This document shows, piece by piece, positions 1 through 10,026 of a stretch of DNA of 64,000 nt. The stretch's first letter is position 1; every line of letters starts with the position of its first letter. Position numbers and translations under genes: made by a program. The notes under the pieces are model-generated. The model was not told the origin of the DNA and searched no databases. It was given only the letters and a program-made list of their open reading frames with translations. The DNA comes from an uncultured Clostridium sp. (GTDB taxonomy: Bacteria > Bacillota > Clostridia > TANB77 > CAG-508), in contig CAOKXF010000001.1 in the NCBI GenBank assembly GCA_948473335.1, positions 137,379-201,378 on the forward strand, given 5' to 3'.

Positions 1-1164
1 CAATTAGCTAATATTGTAGCACAAAGAATGAACAAAAAATTTGACATATTATTCATAGATTTAGAAGCACAATATAGACATACAATAAAGCATATAGAAG
101 AGCTAAAGGAATTATCACAAATAAGAGAATTTTATCATATTGCTTTACCAATAGCATTAAGAAATGCAGTATCAGTATTACAGCCTAAATGGATATGTTG
201 GGAAGAAGAAAGTAAGCACTTATGGGTAAGAGATATGCCAAAAGACAGTATAAATATAAAGAACTGTCCATTTGAATGGTTTAAAAAAGGAGAAGAATTT
301 GAAGAATTTACTGTACAATTTGCAGATTGGTATCAAAAAAAATATAAAGGAAGAGTAGCATGTGGAGTAGGAATTAGAACAGATGAAAGTCTAAATAGAT
401 TTAGAACTATAGCATTTAAGGGAAGAAAAGAAACTTATCAAGGATATAACTGGACAACAAAAGTAAAATTAAATGAAAGACACATTAATGTATATAATTT
501 TTATCCAATATATGATTGGGCAGCAGAAGATATATGGGGAGCAGTAAGTAAATTTAGTTTCAAATATAATTATACATATGAGTTAATGTATAAAAATGGA
601 ATAAGCATATATGAACAAAGACTCTGCCAACCATATGGAGATGACCAAAGGAATGGACTAGATCAATTTAAAGCATTGGAATATGACACATGGAGTAAAA
701 TATTAAATAGAGTAAATGGAGTTAATTTTGGAAATATTTATTGTAAAACAACAGCATTAGGAAATATAAAATCATGCAAACCAGATTTTATGACTTGGCA
801 AGAATATACAGTATTTTTATTAGAAAGTATAGGTATTTATAATAGAGATTTAATGTTACATTATTATAGAAAAATAAAGAAATTTATGGTGTGGTATAGT
901 TGCAAATATGGAACAGAAATAAAAGATATTCCAGATATAGCAGAATGTAGATTAGAAACACAGAAAAAAGCAATATCATGGAGAAGAATAGCAAGAGCAA
1001 TCGAAAAGAACGATTTCTATCTAAGAAGATTATCATTTGCACAAACAAAAAATGATGATAAAGAATTAATGGAATTAATACATAAATGGGACAACTTATT
1101 AAATAAAACAACAAAGACAGATGATAAAGTTTTACAAAAAATAATTGAAGAAAAATGTGTATAG
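1..1164 (+). CDS. IbrA-like PAPS-reductase-fold protein (PP-loop ATP pyrophosphatase family with C-terminal DUF3440-like region). The 5' end is truncated by the window edge
   Basis: The frame is open from nt 1 (QLANIVAQR-MNKK...) with no stop, so the Met at 28 is internal. The motif ILFIDLEAQY resembles the 'vvFvDTG.eFPET' region that follows the SGGKDS PP-loop in PAPS reductase/DndC-like enzymes, and that PP-loop would lie upstream of the window. A ParB-like partner gene follows, as in ibrA/ibrB pairs. Confidence 0.5.
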   Translation, partial: QLANIVAQRMNKKFDILFIDLEAQYRHTIKHIEELKELSQIREFYHIALPIALRNAVSVLQPKWICWEEESKHLWVRDMPKDSINIKNCPFEWFKKGEEFEEFTVQFADWYQKKYKGRVACGVGIRTDESLNRFRTIAFKGRKETYQGYNWTTKVKLNERHINVYNFYPIYDWAAEDIWGAVSKFSFKYNYTYELMYKNGISIYEQRLCQPYGDDQRNGLDQFKALEYDTWSKILNRVNGVNFGNIYCKTTALGNIKSCKPDFMTWQEYTVFLLESIGIYNRDLMLHYYRKIKKFMVWYSCKYGTEIKDIPDIAECRLETQKKAISWRRIARAIEKNDFYLRRLSFAQTKNDDKELMELIHKWDNLLNKTTKTDDKVLQKIIEEKCV

Positions 1165-1175
1165 GAGGATAAAAA

Positions 1176-1568
1176 ATGATAGTAAAAATGATAAATAAAG
1201 ATGAAAAATTTTATCAATATATGGGGAAGTTTTTTGGATCAAGGTTAGTAGAAAAACAAACCAATGATAGAATATATGATGATAATGATAAGGAATGGTA
1301 TATAAATCTAGAAGAAGAGAGAGTGGTTGCATTTGTATCTGTTAGCCAACATAAAATAAAAAATATATATGCAACAAAGGAAAAATATTTAGAAGAAGTA
1401 TTAAATGAAGTAAAAGATGATAGCAATCTTACATATAGTGTTGTAACAAAAAACTATGAAGAAGTATATGAAAGATGTGGATTTAAAATACATAAAGATG
1501 ACATTTATAGAAATTTTGTTACTATATATATGGAAAAAGATAATGAAACAGAACTAGTAAAAAAATAA
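1176..1568 (+). CDS. Small hypothetical protein (130 aa) sitting between the IbrA-like and IbrB-like genes, possibly a GNAT-like fold
   Basis: Strong SD AGGAGGA lies 7 nt upstream of ATG. The gene is tightly packed with its flanking genes (11-nt and 19-nt gaps). The C-terminal YERCGFKI resembles motif B of acetyltransferases, but this is weak. No confident family assignment. Confidence 0.4.
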   Translation: MIVKMINKDEKFYQYMGKFFGSRLVEKQTNDRIYDDNDKEWYINLEEERVVAFVSVSQHKIKNIYATKEKYLEEVLNEVKDDSNLTYSVVTKNYEEVYERCGFKIHKDDIYRNFVTIYMEKDNETELVKK

Positions 1569-1587
1569 GGAAGGAATAAATGTAGAA

Positions 1588-2172
1588 ATGAACGAAATAG
1601 AATTTCCAGTATTAAATGTAAAAATGGTAGATATAGATAAAGTAATAGCAAATGATTATAATCCAAATAAAGTAGCACCACCAGAAATGCAATTATTAAG
1701 ACATTCAATAGAAGAAGATGGATATACACAACCAATTGTAACATATTATGATAAAAAAAGGGATATCTATATAGTAGTGGATGGTTTCCATCGTTATAGG
1801 TGTGCTAAAGAATATTTCCATCTAAAACAAATTCCTATAGTAACGATAGATAAGGATTTAGAAAACCGCATGGCAAGTACAATAAGACATAACAGAGCAA
1901 GAGGAACACATCAAATTATAGATATGTCGAATATAGTTATAACACTTACGCAAAATGGGTGGACAGAAGCAAATATATCAAAACATTTGGGAATGGAATT
2001 AGATGAAGTAATTAGATTAAAGCAGATAACAGGTTTGAAAGAAGTATTTTCAAACCATACATTTAGTAAATCTTGGGAAGAATTTGAAGATAATAATATT
2101 ATACAAAAGATTCATAAAGAATTATTAAATTCAAAAGAAGTAAAAGAAAACAAAAATGATGAGAAATCTTAA
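1588..2172 (+). CDS. ParB-like nuclease (ParB/Srx fold) domain protein, IbrB-like
   Basis: N-terminal DIDKVIANDYNPNKV...IVVDGFHRYRCAK and HNRARGTH motifs are typical of the ParB/sulfiredoxin fold. SD aaggaagga is present. The gene is co-oriented with and adjacent to the PAPS-reductase-like gene. Confidence 0.65.
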   Translation: MNEIEFPVLNVKMVDIDKVIANDYNPNKVAPPEMQLLRHSIEEDGYTQPIVTYYDKKRDIYIVVDGFHRYRCAKEYFHLKQIPIVTIDKDLENRMASTIRHNRARGTHQIIDMSNIVITLTQNGWTEANISKHLGMELDEVIRLKQITGLKEVFSNHTFSKSWEEFEDNNIIQKIHKELLNSKEVKENKNDEKS

Positions 2173-2825
2173 TTCTCATCATTTAAAATAGGTATATAAA
2201 ATGTAGGAATACCACTAGAATATGGAGCAATATCATATTGCTGAAAGAAAATAACAATATTATTAGAAGAAGTAATGTAATAATTTTTTAAATTAAAAGT
2301 ATCTAAAACCAATTCACAATAATTATCAAAATACTGACTAGGATTTAGCTGTAATTGAGAACTAATTTGACTGTTAATATTTTTTAGAATATCAATAATA
2401 TAATAAGGATTACCCTGAAAAAAGTAAGAAAGAGGAATACTTCTTCCCAAACATAAGTCCCAATTTTGGGCAGTTCGAACTGTATTACCATGTGCGCCAC
2501 CAGTAAATTCATAATTATCAGAATATAAACTTACAATAAAATCTTTATTATACGTAATAGTATAATCTTGTATTACCTCAAATACCATAACAGGAAAACC
2601 TTGGGATGTATTATATTCATATATTTCTATAGCATCTTTAAATAATTGATTAGTAATGTAGTTTTCTAATTGAATAGCTTGTGTTTTGTTATACTGATTA
2701 AAGATATTAGAACCAAATTTATAGTATGATGAAGTAATTTCAGGATATTCAATTTTATAAGTTAAAATTATAGTACCTTCATATGTAAGTTCATTTTTCA
2801 ATTCTTTTTTTATAATTTCATTCAT
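2169..2825 (-). CDS. DUF3298/DUF4163 domain protein (RsiV C-terminal-domain-like)
   Basis: The GGAHG motif and surrounding YSDNYEFTGGAHGNTVRTAQNWD are characteristic of DUF3298. The start was chosen at MNEIIKK because a GGAGGAA SD precedes it. The gene is convergent with the IbrB-like gene and overlaps it by 4 nt. Confidence 0.6.
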   Translation of the reverse strand: MNEIIKKELKNELTYEGTIILTYKIEYPEITSSYYKFGSNIFNQYNKTQAIQLENYITNQLFKDAIEIYEYNTSQGFPVMVFEVIQDYTITYNKDFIVSLYSDNYEFTGGAHGNTVRTAQNWDLCLGRSIPLSYFFQGNPYYIIDILKNINSQISSQLQLNPSQYFDNYCELVLDTFNLKNYYITSSNNIVIFFQQYDIAPYSSGIPTFYIPILNDEN

Positions 2826-2826
2826 A

Positions 2827-3366
2827 TTAATTCCTCCTAGTAATACCAAATTGACCAGTTATAGGATCACAGAAATAACCTAACTGAGGTGGGTAATAAG
2901 TAAAAATTAAAAAACATAGCAATAAAACTATTAAAATAATAAAAAAAGTAAGAAAATTGCAAGAAGAGTCTGAAATCATTTTATTATAGGCAACAAATTC
3001 TCCAAGTAGAACCGCAACAAAGAAACTACCTATATCTAAAATAGCGAAATTGGTTCCAATAATACCAGTATAAGTATAAAAGAAAATAGTGATGAAAGAC
3101 ATAGAAACAATTATGCCTAAAACTTTAGAACATAAAAAATTAGGAGATACTTTAAACATATAGAAATATCCAAACAAAATAGTCAGAAACATAGGAAAGA
3201 AAACTAATTTCATATGTTCCCAGGTACTTTCATTTATACTGCTAAAACTAGCAACAAATGAATTATAATTTGACCATTCATATGTAAAATGTAACAAAGT
3301 TCCTAGAATCATAGTAAATATGATAGAAAGTATTTGAAATATTAAAATTTGTTTATTATTTTGCAT
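2827..3366 (-). CDS. Integral membrane protein (5-6 TM helices), uncharacterised, co-transcribed upstream of the DUF3298 gene
   Basis: Strongly hydrophobic translation. The start was chosen at MQNNKQ because a GGAGGA SD precedes it. Confidence 0.5.
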   Translation of the reverse strand: MQNNKQILIFQILSIIFTMILGTLLHFTYEWSNYNSFVASFSSINESTWEHMKLVFFPMFLTILFGYFYMFKVSPNFLCSKVLGIIVSMSFITIFFYTYTGIIGTNFAILDIGSFFVAVLLGEFVAYNKMISDSSCNFLTFFIILIVLLLCFLIFTYYPPQLGYFCDPITGQFGITRRN

Positions 3367-3760
3367 ATAATCCTCCATAAAGTAGTATATGCATATAATT
3401 TCAAAGAGATACAAAATAAGGGAGGAGATATCTAGAAAACTTATCAGTGCAATTCATGATTTTTATGAAGATACTAAGGAAAACGAACCTTGTTGTATAG
3501 AAAAAAGAATAATAAAGGAAAAACTAAACTTTATTATTCTCTTTATTTTTAAAATATGCACAATCAGAAGTAGAAGAAAGAGTTGAATTAACAATAACCT
3601 CATAACAACACTTTCCATCTTGCTGAAAAATGCAATTAGAAGAACAATTAATATTAGTCAAATAAATCACCCAAAGATAGTATTTCTAACAAAAAGAAAA
3701 ATATACTAAAACTTAGTATTGAATATTGATATTGATTATATATATATATTATAAATTAAT

Positions 3761-4411
3761 TTAATTATTATTAATAGTAGAGAAATAAGTGCAAAATTTA
3801 TTAATAGGACAAGAAGAACAGTTAGGTTTTCTTGCAATACAAGTATTTCTACCATGCCAAACAAATAAATGATTAACATCTTTCAAATCATCTTTATCAA
3901 AAATATTCAACAAATCCTGTTCAATTTTTTCAGGAAGTTGTTCAGAAGAAAGACCAATTAAATTAGAAATTCTTTTAGCGTGAGTATCAACAGCGATACC
4001 TTGAGCCATACCAAAAGCCTCAAGCATAACAACATTTGCACTTTTTCTACCAACACCAGGAAGAGACATAAGTTCATCCATAGTATTAGGTACAACACCA
4101 TTAAATCTATGTAAAACCTCATTAGCACAAGCCTTTATATTAGCAGCTTTATTTTTATAAAAACCACAAGAATGAATTAAAGATTCAAGTTCTTTAATAT
4201 CAATATTAGCAAACTCCTCAATAGATTTACATCTTTGAAAAAGAGAAGGAGTAACCTTATTAACCCTCTCATCAGTGCACTGAGCAGAAAGCATAACAGC
4301 GACTACCATTTGAAAAGGAGTACCAAAATCTAAACTACATGTTACATCTGGATAAGTTTTTCTTAATATATCAATAAATTCTTTTGCTTGTTTTTTAGTC
4401 ATTTTTTTCAT
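3761..4411 (-). CDS. nth: Endonuclease III (DNA-(apurinic or apyrimidinic site) lyase)
   Basis: HhH-GPD motif LPGVGRKSANVV and the C-terminal 4Fe-4S cluster CxxxxxxCxxCxxxxxC (CIARKPNCSSCPINKFC) are present. A GGTGA SD precedes the start. Confidence 0.85.
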   Translation of the reverse strand: MKKMTKKQAKEFIDILRKTYPDVTCSLDFGTPFQMVVAVMLSAQCTDERVNKVTPSLFQRCKSIEEFANIDIKELESLIHSCGFYKNKAANIKACANEVLHRFNGVVPNTMDELMSLPGVGRKSANVVMLEAFGMAQGIAVDTHAKRISNLIGLSSEQLPEKIEQDLLNIFDKDDLKDVNHLFVWHGRNTCIARKPNCSSCPINKFCTYFSTINNN

Positions 4412-4450
4412 TTTTTATCACCATAATTATTATACAAAATAAATGTGAAA

Positions 4451-4572
4451 TGTGTCAATGGGGACGTTCTTTGTGACACACTTTTCTACTTAAACGTAGT
4501 CAAATCAAGGGAAAATAGGAAATAAGCTAAAAAATAAAAAAGTGTGTCACAAAGAACGTCCCCATTGACACA
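4451..4572. repeat. Perfect 31-bp inverted repeat (arms 4451-4481 and 4542-4572, 60-nt spacer) in the divergent nth/hrcA promoter region
   Basis: Arm 1 tgtgtcaatggggacgttctttgtgacacac is exactly the reverse complement of arm 2. Each arm carries a TTGACA -35-like hexamer oriented outward. Confidence 0.8.
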
Positions 4573-4591
4573 AATTTTTTAGCAAAAGGTA

Positions 4592-4654
4592 TTGACAAGT
4601 GCTAAAAAAGGGTATAATATATATGCGTTAGCAGTCAACAACAAAGAGTGCTAA
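4592..4654 (+). promoter_or_regulatory. sigma-A-type promoter (TTGACA 4592-4597, TATAAT 4613-4618) plus CIRCE operator (TTAGCAGTC-N9-GAGTGCTAA, 4628-4654) of the hrcA-grpE-dnaK-dnaJ operon
   Basis: Near-consensus CIRCE inverted repeat with a 9-nt spacer lies directly upstream of hrcA, the classical HrcA operator arrangement. Confidence 0.8.
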
Positions 4655-4683
4655 AGAAAAAATCCTAGAAAGGAGCTCTAAAA

Positions 4684-5688
4684 TTGCTAGAAGAAAGAAA
4701 AAAACAAATATTACAAGCAATTATAGAAGAATATATAAATACAGCAGAACCAGTTAGTTCAAATTTATTAGTTGAAGGATATGGATTAGAGTTTAGTAGT
4801 GCAACAATAAGAAATGAAATGGCAGAATTGGAGAAAATGGGATATTTAGAGAAAACACATACATCAAGTGGAAGAGTGCCTTCAGAAAAAGGTTATAGAT
4901 TTTATGTTGATGAATTACTTAAAGACGATAATATTAGTATAGAGGAAATAAAATATATAAGCGATAAGCTGGAAACTAAAGTAAATGAGATAGAAGATTT
5001 AACTCAAATTACAGCAAATACAATATCTGAAATAACCCATTATACAACAGTATCCATAGGACCTCAGGCGAAAGAGCAAAATATTGAAGAAATTAAATTT
5101 ATATTGTTAGGGACCAAAATGTTAATGGCTATTATATTGACTGATAATGGGCTGATTAAAGAAACAATAATAAAATTTGATGAAGATATTAATGATAAAC
5201 AAGTTGAAACACTTAATTATATGTTCAATAATAAACTAAAGGGAAAACCATTAAGTGAAATAAGTGGAAATTTGGAAGATTATTTATATGAGGAAATGTC
5301 ATATAGTGTAAAAGTTATAAAACCAATTATAGATCAAATTAAAAAAGTTATACAGAAAGAGACTATACATTTAGAAGGGCAGAACAAAGCATTTGAATTG
5401 CCAGAGTTTAATAGTTTGGAAATAGCAAAAAATTTTATGAATGTTTTAGATACTAAAGATTTGATGACAGATATGTTAAATACAGGTTTTGCTCAAGATA
5501 TAAATGTATACATAGGTGAAGAAAATGAAAAAGAAGAATTAAAAGATTTTAGTATTGTAACTTTTAAACATAAAGTAGGAAACAAAGATTTAGGTACTAT
5601 TGGTATAATAGGACCCAAGAGAATGAATTATTCTAAAGTTATTTCAGTTATGAAGTATATCAGCAAAAAACTAAATGAAAACAAATAA
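4684..5688 (+). CDS. hrcA: Heat-inducible transcription repressor HrcA
   Basis: N-terminal wHTH region QILQAIIEEYINTAEPVSS and overall HrcA architecture. TTG start with an AGGAG SD. CIRCE is upstream and grpE-dnaK-dnaJ are downstream. Confidence 0.9.
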   Translation: MLEERKKQILQAIIEEYINTAEPVSSNLLVEGYGLEFSSATIRNEMAELEKMGYLEKTHTSSGRVPSEKGYRFYVDELLKDDNISIEEIKYISDKLETKVNEIEDLTQITANTISEITHYTTVSIGPQAKEQNIEEIKFILLGTKMLMAIILTDNGLIKETIIKFDEDINDKQVETLNYMFNNKLKGKPLSEISGNLEDYLYEEMSYSVKVIKPIIDQIKKVIQKETIHLEGQNKAFELPEFNSLEIAKNFMNVLDTKDLMTDMLNTGFAQDINVYIGEENEKEELKDFSIVTFKHKVGNKDLGTIGIIGPKRMNYSKVISVMKYISKKLNENK

Positions 5689-5766
5689 TTTGTATATTAA
5701 TTTTTTGTAATTATAAAATAAAAATAAAATTATAATTATAAATAAAATAAAGAAAGAAGGTATAAA

Positions 5767-6252
5767 ATGTCAGACGAGAATCAAACAAATCAAGAAATTA
5801 AAAATGAAAAACAGGATGAACTATTAAAAATACAAGAGGAATTTGATGAATTAACAGATAGATATAAAAGAGTAATGGCTGAATTTGAAAACCATAAGAA
5901 AAGGTCACAAAAAGAGAGAGAAATGTTATACAATATGGTACTATCAGATATAGTAGGAAGCATATTACCAGTTGTTGATAATTTGGAAAATGCAGTTAAA
6001 GCTGAGACAGAAGATGCAAATTATAAACAAGGTGTTGAAATGGTTTTAAAGCAATTTAAGGAAGTCTTAAGTCTTAAAGGAGTAGAAGAAATAAAGACAG
6101 TAGGTGAGACATTTGACCCTAGTTTACATGAAGCAGTAAGTAGTGTACAAGATGATACGAAAAAATCACAAGAGATAGTACAAGAATATAGAAAAGGATA
6201 TAAAATTGGAAGTAAGGTAATACGTCATTCAATGGTTGTGGTAGCAAATTAA
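5767..6252 (+). CDS. grpE: Nucleotide exchange factor GrpE
   Basis: Coiled-coil N-terminus and C-terminal GrpE signature (DPSLHEAV...GYKIGSKVIRHSMV). Position in the operon. Confidence 0.9.
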   Translation: MSDENQTNQEIKNEKQDELLKIQEEFDELTDRYKRVMAEFENHKKRSQKEREMLYNMVLSDIVGSILPVVDNLENAVKAETEDANYKQGVEMVLKQFKEVLSLKGVEEIKTVGETFDPSLHEAVSSVQDDTKKSQEIVQEYRKGYKIGSKVIRHSMVVVAN

Positions 6253-6403
6253 GTTAGCTGTAGGAATCTATGATTTCGTACAGATAACTTATGGAAAAAT
6301 GAGAAGCATTTTTCCATACATTATTCAATGAAGCTAACTGTAGAAATCCATAATTTCACACAGAAAACTTATAGAAAAATGAGAAGCATTTTTCCATACA
6401 TTA
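6253..6403. repeat. Tandem duplication (2 copies, ~79-bp unit, ~85% identical) of a hairpin-containing unit in the grpE-dnaK intergenic region
   Basis: Unit A covers 6253-6323 and unit B covers 6332-6403. Both end with cttatRgaaaaatgagaagcatttttccatacatta, a 10-11 bp stem with an agaag loop. Confidence 0.75.
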
Positions 6404-6452
6404 AAAAGTTATTAATTTTAAATTAAATATAAATTTATAAGAAAGGAAGTAA

Positions 6453-8303
<1,851 letters not shown>

Positions 8304-8386
8304 TCTATAAAATAACTTAAAAGTATTGAATTGTGAAATTTTTAAAATTCAATAAACAGGATATTTATGTAAAAGAATATTGCAGT

Positions 8387-8409
8387 TGAGGAAAATGTTA
8401 TTTTCCTCA
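8387..8409 (+). other. Stem-loop (tgaggaaaat/attttcctca) in the dnaK-dnaJ spacer, a candidate attenuator or processing structure. It lacks the U-tract of a strong intrinsic terminator
   Basis: 10-bp perfect stem with a 3-nt loop, 40 nt upstream of the dnaJ start. Confidence 0.4.
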
Positions 8410-8449
8410 GTTATGACATATTTTATTGAATAGAAAGAGGAAAATTATA

Positions 8450-9610
8450 ATGGCAGATAAAAGAGACTATTATGAGGTTTTAGGTGTAGAAAAGACAGCA
8501 ACAGATGAGGAATTAAAAAAAGCATATAGAAGATTAGCAAAAAAATATCACCCAGATGCTAATCCAGACAATAAAAAAGAAGCAGAAATAAAGTTTAAGG
8601 AAGTAAATGAGGCATATGAAAATTTATCAGATCCGCAAAAAAGGAAGATGTATGACCAATTTGGATTTGATGGACCACAAGGATTTGGAGGAGGCCAAGG
8701 ACCATTTGGGCAAGGAGGATATTATTCATATAGTGGAGGATTTGATGGATTTTCAGATTTTGGGGATTTAGGAGATATATTTTCATCATTTTTTGGTGGA
8801 GGAACAAGAACATCTTCAAGAAGAAATAATGGACCTAGAAAAGGTGCAGATTTAAATTTAAATATGGAGATAACATTTGAAGAAGCATATTTAGGTGTAG
8901 AAAAAGAAGTAGTTATAACAAGAAATGAAACATGTAATACTTGTAATGGAAGTGGAGCAAAACCAGGAACAAGTGTAACAAAATGTTCTGTATGTAATGG
9001 AACAGGTCAAGTAAGGCAAGTACAAAATACTATACTTGGACAAATGCAAACAACAAGAACTTGTAGTAATTGTCATGGAACAGGAGAAGTCATCAAAGAA
9101 CCTTGTGATACTTGTAGAGGTAAAGGTACAGTTAGAAAGCAACCTAAAATTAAAATAAAAATACCAGCAGGAATAGATGATAATCAAACAGTAGTATTAA
9201 GAGGAGAAGGTGAACCAGGAGAAAAAGGTGGACCAAAAGGAGATTTATATATAACTGTTAGAATTAAAAAGCATAATATTTATACAAGAAAAGGTATAAA
9301 TATATTTTGTGAAGTTCCAATTACTATTACACAAGCAACACTAGGAGCAGAGCTTGAAATACCTATGGTAGATGGAACAAAGGAGACATATAAAATTCCT
9401 GATGCTACTCAAACAGGAACTAAATTTACTATAAAGAACAAAGGATTTAAATCTTTAAATTCTAGTGTAATAGGAGATTTTATATTTACTGTTATTGTGC
9501 AAACTCCAAAAAAATTAACATCAGAACAACGTGAATTATTAGAAAAGTTAGCTAAGACTATGAATGAACAGCCACCTATTAAGAAAAAAAGTTTTTGGGA
9601 TAAATTATAA
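8450..9610 (+). CDS. dnaJ: Molecular chaperone DnaJ (Hsp40)
   Basis: J-domain HPD motif (KKYHPDAN), G/F-rich region and four CxxCxGxG zinc-finger repeats. Start set at MADKRDYY because a GAGGAAA SD precedes it. Confidence 0.95.
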   Translation: MADKRDYYEVLGVEKTATDEELKKAYRRLAKKYHPDANPDNKKEAEIKFKEVNEAYENLSDPQKRKMYDQFGFDGPQGFGGGQGPFGQGGYYSYSGGFDGFSDFGDLGDIFSSFFGGGTRTSSRRNNGPRKGADLNLNMEITFEEAYLGVEKEVVITRNETCNTCNGSGAKPGTSVTKCSVCNGTGQVRQVQNTILGQMQTTRTCSNCHGTGEVIKEPCDTCRGKGTVRKQPKIKIKIPAGIDDNQTVVLRGEGEPGEKGGPKGDLYITVRIKKHNIYTRKGINIFCEVPITITQATLGAELEIPMVDGTKETYKIPDATQTGTKFTIKNKGFKSLNSSVIGDFIFTVIVQTPKKLTSEQRELLEKLAKTMNEQPPIKKKSFWDKL

Positions 9611-9635
9611 AACAATGATTTTACATATATAATTA

Positions 9636-9664
9636 AAACAGGTAACTCAATTTACCTGTTTTTA
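9636..9664 (+). terminator. Intrinsic terminator after dnaJ
   Basis: aacaggtaa/ttacctgtt stem followed by a T-run. Confidence 0.7.
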
Positions 9665-9685
9665 GATAAGAGATAGATATAAAAA

Positions 9686-9714
9686 CTTGACTTTTAGGCA
9701 GAAAGAGGTTAATA
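9686..9714 (+). promoter_or_regulatory. Candidate promoter (TTGACT-17-TAATAT) for the small GC-rich ORF
   Basis: Hexamers with 17-nt spacing lie about 50 nt upstream of the SD. Confidence 0.45.
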
Positions 9715-9760
9715 TAAAATTATAGACATAAACTGTAAACGTAAAGAAAGGAGTATTACA

Positions 9761-9976
9761 ATGATTGAACGTGCAAAAACAGTTGAGATTCGTACCGCAG
9801 GAGGGTACAGGCGCCGGATAACAGTGATGGATTCAGTGATGACGACCAAATCACTGAGAAAAATCCTCAAAAGATTTGGCGGAGAAGAGAAGGAACAATA
9901 CTACTGGTTTGAAGACAGAAAGAGGTATAATGATGTCATAAAGAAACTTTGTGACGAAGGAGCTTTTGTAAATTAG
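9761..9976 (+). CDS. Orphan small basic protein (71 aa) in a GC-rich islet, function unknown
   Basis: AAAGGAG SD 7 nt before ATG. It has its own promoter, and a GC-rich terminator hairpin sits at 9996-10026. Codon usage (cgt, cgc, cgg, ggg, ctg, acc) and roughly 45-50% GC contrast sharply with the very AT-rich surrounding sequence. No recognised family. Confidence 0.4.
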   Translation: MIERAKTVEIRTAGGYRRRITVMDSVMTTKSLRKILKRFGGEEKEQYYWFEDRKRYNDVIKKLCDEGAFVN

Positions 9977-9995
9977 TTAGTCAAAGTAATACCAA

Positions 9996-10026
9996 GAAGG
10001 GATGCCAAGTTATAGGGCATCCCTTC
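9996..10026 (+). terminator. GC-rich stem-loop terminator after the small ORF
   Basis: gaagggatgcc/ggcatcccttc 11-bp stem. Confidence 0.6.

Noticed and set aside
884-1332. Minus-strand ORFs overlapping the IbrA-like gene (884-1114, 1017-1217, 1132-1332) and many similar antisense ORFs throughout, for example 6833-7872, 11345-11776, 34584-35111 and 45023-45748
   Set aside because: Leu/Phe/Ile-rich low-complexity translations are typical of the reverse frames of AT-rich coding DNA. They have no SD and overlap well-supported genes, so they are spurious
3389-3586. Plus-strand 65-aa ORF in the nth downstream spacer
   Set aside because: No start codon is correctly spaced from the nearby SD, and the translation has no recognisable features. 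Likely non-coding
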